DNA of 13,276 nt from Candidatus Sumerlaeia bacterium (lineage in GTDB: Bacteria; Sumerlaeota; Sumerlaeia; SLMS01; JANRJK01), in the NCBI GenBank assembly GCA_033764015.1, contig JANRJK010000007.1:1-13276 (forward strand), written 5' to 3'. The notes below the pieces were generated by a model. The model ran no database searches, was not told the DNA's origin, and saw only the letters and a list, made by a program, of their open reading frames with translations. Made by a program: the position numbers and the translations under genes. How positions within the stretch are numbered: position 1 is the first letter of the stretch; every line of letters begins with the position of its first letter. Below, piece by piece: positions 7,302 through 13,276 of the stretch.

Positions 7302-8909
7302 CTACGCCCCCTGCATCGCCTCGGCGGCGGCGGTTTGGCGCTTGGCGATGGTGAGCTGCCGCAGCCGCTTTGCGCCGGCCTTGATGTAGTTGAAGGTCTG
7401 AGTGGGGCCGCCCGCCTTGGTGAGCATGCGCGCGATGTACTTTGGCCGAAGGTACATGCGCAGCAGCGCCTTGCGGCGCCACTCCATCAGTTCCGCCGAG
7501 GAGATACCCGAGAGCGTCTTCAACGCGCCGTGCGCGTAGCCCGCGCGCGACGGGTCGTAGCCCTCCTCGAACAGGTTCTCGCGCAGCGCGATCTCGTGCA
7601 GTTCCGTGCCCGGCAGCGGCGTCGCGATGTTGAAGTCGAAGAAATCCGGGTCGAGTTCCTCGACGAAGCGGTAGGTGCGCTCGATCGTCTCCCATGTTTC
7701 CCACGGGAGGCCGACGACCATGAAGGAGTGCACGCGGAGGCCGGCGCGCTTGCACACGGCGACTGCGTTTCGCGCCTGGTCGAGCGTGGCGTTCTTGCGC
7801 ATCTTGTCGAGCATGTCCTGGTCGCCGGACTCGATGCCGAAGGCGACCACCCAGCAGCCCGCGGCCTTCATCGCGGCGGCGCGCTCGTCGTCCATGGTGT
7901 CCACGCGGCTGTTGCAGCCCCAGTGGATATCGAGCTTCTCGTCGCGGATCGCCTGGCAGAGCTGGAGAAGCCAGCGCTTGTTGATCGTGAACGTGTCGCC
8001 GTGGAAAAGGAACTCGCGGATGCCGTAGCGGTTCACGCACTCCTTCAGTTCCGCGATGACACTTTCGACGGATCGCGAGCGCACGCTGTAGTCCGTGAGC
8101 AGGCCCGCGGGGCAGTAGATGCACTTCGCGGGGCAGCCGCGGTTGCCGTGCACGACCGTGAGCGGATTGCTGGTTTCCGGCGAGATGTACACTTTGTTGA
8201 GCAGCAAGTGGCGCGCGGGGAACGGGAGCGAGTCGAGGTCCTCGCGGAGCACGCGCTTGCCGCTAAAGAGGATGCCCGCTGGCGCCTCCGCGACCGCGGC
8301 GGGGGCGGCGGCGGATTCGCGCTCCTCGCGCTTGGCTGCGATGCGCGAGGTCTGCGACTTCTTCACCGGCGCGGTGCAATTGGGGGTGCGCTCGAGGCCG
8401 AGGCGCTCGAGCAGCTCTGCGCGGAAGTGCAGACCGCGCACCTCCGTCGGCGGCGCGCCGTTCACCAGCTCCTCGACCGATTCCTCCGACTCGTTCGGCA
8501 GGATCAGGTCGATCTCGGGATGGTCCGAGAGCACGTCGATGGCGTTGTGGACGACGGTCTCGCCCTTCACGGCGGTGATGACGGCGGGGTTGGCCTCCTT
8601 TGCGAGGCGGCAGGTTTCGATGTCGCCCTTGAGCGTCGCGGTGGTGGAGCTGACGACGAGGAGGTCTGGCATGAACTCCTTGAGGTCGGCGATGTACTCG
8701 TTCCATCCGCGGCGCGTGGCGGGGTAGTCCTCGATTCGGCAAAGGGCGCCGGAGCGCTCGGCGCAGGCGGCCGCCATGGCGAGCTCCATCGGCGGGAAGA
8801 CGATCTGGACCGTTTGGTCCTCGACGGTGCACTGGCAGCGGTCGTCGCGCCGGTAGAGCCCGGTTGGGGGGTTCAGGAGGAGCACACGTCGGAGGGGGGT
8901 AAGCGTCAT
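7302..8909 (-). CDS. B12-binding-domain radical SAM protein (start probably ATG 8909; alternative 8942)
   Basis: VLLLNPP...FPPMELA N-terminal cobalamin-binding-type domain; RGCPAKCIYC (CxxxCxxC, 8112-8135), HGDTFT, FGIESG, FMVVGLPWET, TPLPGT. Confidence 0.88.
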   Translation of the reverse strand: MTLTPLRRVLLLNPPTGLYRRDDRCQCTVEDQTVQIVFPPMELAMAAACAERSGALCRIEDYPATRRGWNEYIADLKEFMPDLLVVSSTTATLKGDIETCRLAKEANPAVITAVKGETVVHNAIDVLSDHPEIDLILPNESEESVEELVNGAPPTEVRGLHFRAELLERLGLERTPNCTAPVKKSQTSRIAAKREERESAAAPAAVAEAPAGILFSGKRVLREDLDSLPFPARHLLLNKVYISPETSNPLTVVHGNRGCPAKCIYCPAGLLTDYSVRSRSVESVIAELKECVNRYGIREFLFHGDTFTINKRWLLQLCQAIRDEKLDIHWGCNSRVDTMDDERAAAMKAAGCWVVAFGIESGDQDMLDKMRKNATLDQARNAVAVCKRAGLRVHSFMVVGLPWETWETIERTYRFVEELDPDFFDFNIATPLPGTELHEIALRENLFEEGYDPSRAGYAHGALKTLSGISSAELMEWRRKALLRMYLRPKYIARMLTKAGGPTQTFNYIKAGAKRLRQLTIAKRQTAAAEAMQGA

Positions 8910-9046
8910 CTGGCGGGGTCGCCGCCCGGGCTTGGGACGCACCGGGCGCCTTTCTCAACCGGAATCCTAGGACGGGTTCGCGCGCCGCGCAACCGCGACG
9001 TGCTCCGTCCCGGATTTCGTGCTTATCTCCCCCGCCGGCCCGGGGG

Positions 9047-9083
9047 CGCCGTGAATCCCGCGCCGGCCGCGGGATTCACGGCG
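9047..9083. repeat. Perfect 16-bp inverted repeat with 5-nt loop
   Basis: CGCCGTGAATCCCGCG (9047-9062), loop CCGGC, CGCGGGATTCACGGCG (9068-9083). Confidence 0.92.
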
Positions 9084-9205
9084 GCCCGATCGGCAAGTGC
9101 AGGGGTGGCGCCACGATCCTGTTGACGGGAGGGCATCCGCACCGGCCAACTGCTGGGCTTTTGTGGCGAAAGCCCCCCTCAATCCCTCCGGTGACATTGT
9201 CCATT

Positions 9206-10234
9206 ATGGCAGCGACAGCGGCACAGCCCAGCGATGCGGCCCGGGGCCGCGCGGTCACCCTTGCGGGCGCCGCCGAGTTCCTTTCCGCGCACGACGACTT
9301 CCTCCTCGTCAGCCATGTCCGCCCCGACGGCGACTGCGTGGGCTCGATGGTGGGGCTCGCGTTGGCGCTGGAGAGCTTGGGCAAGCGCGTGGCCTGCTAC
9401 AACGTCAGCGCGCCGCTCGGGCCGAAGCTGAACTTCCTCGAGGGCGCCGAGAAGGTGTCCGCCAAGCTGCCCGAGTGGACGCCGCGCTGCACTGTCTTCG
9501 TGGATTGCGGGGCGATCCACCGCGTGGGCGAGGGTTTCACGCCCATGGGCCCGTCGCTCAACATCGACCACCACCTCAGCAACGAGGGCTTCGGCGACCT
9601 GAACTACATCGATATCGATGTGGCGGCGGTCGGCGAGCAGGTCTGGCTCCTGTGCGCCGAGCTGGGCGTCGAGGTGACGCCGCCGATCGCGAGCGCGATC
9701 TACCTGTCAGTCATGGCGGACACCGGAAGCTTCAAGTACTCGAACACGACGGGGAAGACGCTCGCGCTCGCGGGCAAACTCGCGGAGCTCGGGGCGGACG
9801 TCGCCACCATCGCGTCGGCCCACTACGAATCCCGGGACTTCAGCGAGATGAAGCTCTCCGGCATCGCGCTTTCGCGCCTGACCCTCGAGTTCGACGGCGC
9901 GCTCGTTTGGGGTGAGATCCTGCGCGGCGACTACCTGCAGTTCGGCGGCGAGGACGCGGAGCCGGAAGGCCTGGTGAACGAGATGCGCCAGATCCTCGGC
10001 GTGCAGGTGTCGATGCTGATCCACGAGCGCCCGTCCGGCGGCGCTCGGGTCGGCTTCCGCGGCAAGGGGATGGTGGACGTCGCGGCGATCGCGGCGGAGC
10101 TCGGCGGCGGCGGACACTTCAACGCCGCGGGCGCGGTGCTGCCCCCCGGGGACTACCAGCAGATCCGCCAACGCATCCTCGAGATCGCGCGGCGCCACAT
10201 GGCCGCCGCCGTCGCGCGACGCAACGGCGCCTGA
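9206..10234 (+). CDS. nrnA: DHH/DHHA1 phosphoesterase (bifunctional nanoRNase / pAp phosphatase NrnA type); start probably ATG 9206
   Basis: HVRPDGD, VDC, IDHH, DTGSF and GGGGHFNAAG motifs. Confidence 0.85.
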   Translation: MAATAAQPSDAARGRAVTLAGAAEFLSAHDDFLLVSHVRPDGDCVGSMVGLALALESLGKRVACYNVSAPLGPKLNFLEGAEKVSAKLPEWTPRCTVFVDCGAIHRVGEGFTPMGPSLNIDHHLSNEGFGDLNYIDIDVAAVGEQVWLLCAELGVEVTPPIASAIYLSVMADTGSFKYSNTTGKTLALAGKLAELGADVATIASAHYESRDFSEMKLSGIALSRLTLEFDGALVWGEILRGDYLQFGGEDAEPEGLVNEMRQILGVQVSMLIHERPSGGARVGFRGKGMVDVAAIAAELGGGGHFNAAGAVLPPGDYQQIRQRILEIARRHMAAAVARRNGA

Positions 10235-10247
10235 GCGCCCCGCGGCC

Positions 10248-10994
10248 TCAGCGCCGCGACAGCGCCTCGGACGCCTTCCGCAGGTCGTCCTCGACATCGA
10301 CGCTGACCGAGTCGCGCGGGCTTTCCACGCAGACGATGGACATGCCCGCGTCGAGCGCGCGGAGCTGCTCGAGGGACTCGTAGCGTTCGAGCAGGCACGG
10401 CGGCAGCGCGACGAAGCGCTCGAGCGCCGCGCGGCGGTAGAGGTAGAGGCCGAGGTGCTTCTGGCCGTAGGGGACGCCCCCGGCCCGCCAATCCTCCGGG
10501 CGCCGCGGGAGTGACGGGATCGGCGAGCGGCTGAAGTACAACGAGCGCATCCGCGCGTCGCGCACCACCTTCACCACCATCGGGTTCTCGAAGTCCTCCG
10601 CCGACGGGATGGGGACGCAGACCGTCGAGATGTCGGCGCCGGGATCGGCGAGCAGCGCGCGGTGCGCGGCGCTGATCGCTTCGGAAGGCATCGTCGGCTC
10701 GTCGCCCTGCAGGTTCACCACGATGTCCGCCGCGCGCCCGGCGACCGCGGCGTGGACGCGGTCCGTACCGGAGGGGAGCGCCGGATCGGTCATCACGGGC
10801 TCGACGCCGCAGGCGCGGGCCACCGCCGCGATCTCCTCGTGGTCGGTGGCAACCAGAACCTCGTCCACTTCCGGCGCGCCCTTCGCCACGTCGCAAACCC
10901 AGGCGATCATCGGCCTGCCGTTGATTTCGCGGAGCGCCTTGGCGTGGAGGCGGGTCGAGCCGTGGCGGGCGGGGATCACACAGACGGTGCGCAT
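10248..10994 (-). CDS. kdsB: 3-deoxy-manno-octulosonate cytidylyltransferase (CMP-Kdo synthetase)
   Basis: IPARHGSTRL, VATD, SGTDR, VNLQGDEP, VKVV, LYFSRSPIP, HLGLYLY, ESLEQLRAL; 248 aa. Confidence 0.93.
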   Translation of the reverse strand: MRTVCVIPARHGSTRLHAKALREINGRPMIAWVCDVAKGAPEVDEVLVATDHEEIAAVARACGVEPVMTDPALPSGTDRVHAAVAGRAADIVVNLQGDEPTMPSEAISAAHRALLADPGADISTVCVPIPSAEDFENPMVVKVVRDARMRSLYFSRSPIPSLPRRPEDWRAGGVPYGQKHLGLYLYRRAALERFVALPPCLLERYESLEQLRALDAGMSIVCVESPRDSVSVDVEDDLRKASEALSRR

Positions 10995-11022
10995 ATCGTG
11001 GAAGGGTCCTTGGGGTGAGGAG

Positions 11023-11730
11023 TCAGTCGCCGCGCTTCAGCCGGAAGTCCGGGCCGTAGGCGTCGAGCGGGGGATACTGGATCGGTTCGTGGCGGTCGAG
11101 CGCGAGGACATGATTGCGCCATGCTTCGAGGCGGGCGGCGCGATCCTCCGCGGAGATGCGGGCGGGCTGGTGCGTGAGGAAGGGCTCCAGCACCGTGAAG
11201 CCCGTGAAAAACAACATCCCGTGGTGGATCGGGAAGAGGATCTGCCGGAGGTCGCCGTTGAGCCCGTCGGGCTGGTACATCGATTCGGGGCCGCCGATCG
11301 TCACGGAGCAGATGGCGCGCTTCCCCTTGAAGACGCCGTTGGTGTACCAGCGCCCGCCCCCGTAGACCCGGCCCATGGCGAACACGCGGTCCACCCAGCC
11401 CTTCATGATGGCCGGCATGCCGAACCACCAGAGGGGGAACTGGAGCACCAGCGCGTCGCACCGGAAGAGCTTGTCCATTTCGGCGGCGATGTCGGGGGAG
11501 AAGCCGCCGCGCTCGGTGGCGTGCATTTCCTCGAGTTGCTGCTTGAGGTAGCCGGCGTCCTTCACCGTCGTGAAGTTGCGGCGGTCGGAGACAGGATCGA
11601 AGCGCATCGCGTAGAGGTCGGAGACCTCGACATCGTGGCCGGCCGCCTCGAGCGACTCGCGGGCGGCGCCGGTGAGCGCGCCGTTGAAGCTCTGCGGTTC
11701 GGCGTGGGCGTGGACGATGAAGACGCGCAT
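11023..11730 (-). CDS. NAD(P)H:quinone oxidoreductase, flavodoxin-2 fold (NQO1/KefF-like)
   Basis: AHAEPQSFN, SDLYAMRFDP, QFPLWWFGMPAIMKGWVDRVF, LFFTGFTVLEP. Confidence 0.9.
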   Translation of the reverse strand: MRVFIVHAHAEPQSFNGALTGAARESLEAAGHDVEVSDLYAMRFDPVSDRRNFTTVKDAGYLKQQLEEMHATERGGFSPDIAAEMDKLFRCDALVLQFPLWWFGMPAIMKGWVDRVFAMGRVYGGGRWYTNGVFKGKRAICSVTIGGPESMYQPDGLNGDLRQILFPIHHGMLFFTGFTVLEPFLTHQPARISAEDRAARLEAWRNHVLALDRHEPIQYPPLDAYGPDFRLKRGD

Positions 11731-11753
11731 CGGCTTGCTCCTCGGCGGCTAGG

Positions 11754-12248
11754 TCACTCCGTTCGCGGCGCGCGGCGCCACGAGAATTCCAGCGCCGCCT
11801 CGCGGCCCTGCGCCACACCCGTCACGTGGGCGCGGAGCGTGCCGTCGGGCGCCAGGGAGTACTCGATGCGCTGCGGGAAGTCGTGCTCGGGCGCGGTGAA
11901 AAGCGCGCGCCCCGCCTCCGAGGATTCAAGGCGGAAGGAAGTCGGCGGCGAGCCCTTGGGCTGCGCGACGTAGTACACGCCGTCGGGGCGGGCCTCGATG
12001 CGGAGGTACTCGAAGAACGGCCGCCGCCCGGGCGCGAGCTGGCGGTTCATCCCGAGCATCAACCCGTCCCGGGGCGCCATCCACTCCTCGCGCGAGAGGC
12101 CGTCGGGAGACTCCCACTGGCCGGAGAGCCAGGCGAGTTCCGCAAGCGGGTCGGCGGGCGCGGTGTCGGTTCGGGTCACCGGGGTGGACCTCGAGCAGGA
12201 GATGAGGAGAACGAGCGAAGCGGCGAGCGCGGCGCGGTAGGCGATCAT
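11754..12248 (-). CDS. DUF6265-like putative lipoprotein
   Basis: Signal peptide ending LLISC; LAWLSGQW, EEW, FEYLRIE, YVAQP and PEHDFPQRIEY resemble DUF6265; GGAG upstream of the ATG. Confidence 0.72.
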   Translation of the reverse strand: MIAYRAALAASLVLLISCSRSTPVTRTDTAPADPLAELAWLSGQWESPDGLSREEWMAPRDGLMLGMNRQLAPGRRPFFEYLRIEARPDGVYYVAQPKGSPPTSFRLESSEAGRALFTAPEHDFPQRIEYSLAPDGTLRAHVTGVAQGREAALEFSWRRAPRTE

Positions 12249-12270
12249 GTGTAGTGGACTCCGGGTGGTG

Positions 12271-12307
12271 GAAAGAGAACACCGGGGACCCTTGCGGGCC
12301 CCCGGTG
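12271..12307 (-). terminator. Rho-independent terminator after the collagen-like gene
   Basis: Minus strand: CACCGGGGGCCC-GCAA-GGGTCCCCGGTG-TTCTCTTTC. A 12-bp stem with one G-U pair, a GNRA loop and a U-rich tail. Confidence 0.82.
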
Positions 12308-12361
12308 CGTTGGTGGATCAGGCATCGCTCCGCGGGCGGAGCGGGCCAGTCATGGTTCGCC

Positions 12362-13276
<915 letters not shown>

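Noticed and set aside
9122..9151. TTGACG as a sigma70 -35, or TTG start of nrnA
   Set aside because: No adequate -10 at 16-18 nt spacing, and the 28 residues before Met 9206 do not look like family sequence.
3861..12282. Other long overlapping ORFs (3861..5492, 4931..6763, 7335..9125, 9097..9915, 10609..11973, 10976..11818, etc.)
   Set aside because: They overlap well-supported genes, have shadow-frame composition and show no motifs.
12326..12343. Small hairpin CGCTCCG-CGGG-CGGAGCG
   Set aside because: A short GC stem without a U-tract; likely chance or accessory to the real terminator.

Overview
Very GC-rich bacterial chromosomal window, probably from a diderm LPS producer (kdsB present; the Hsp70 carries the subdomain-IB segment typical of diderms). 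Left to right it holds: the 5' end of an IS1182-like element apparently inserted at a CTAG site inside a small minus-strand gene; a ~1290-aa single-chain Hsp70 / Pro-rich linker / TPR-like / Ser-Thr kinase fusion, which is the standout feature; a divergent thiolase, 3-hydroxybutyryl-CoA dehydrogenase and YtnP-like metallo-hydrolase operon; a B12-binding radical SAM enzyme; a 16-bp perfect hairpin; an NrnA-type DHH phosphoesterase; kdsB; a flavodoxin-fold quinone reductase; a DUF6265-like lipoprotein; an intrinsic terminator; and the 3' part of a Thr-rich collagen-like protein. Most long overlapping ORFs in the track are GC-driven shadow frames. All family calls come from motif recognition by eye, with no database searches.
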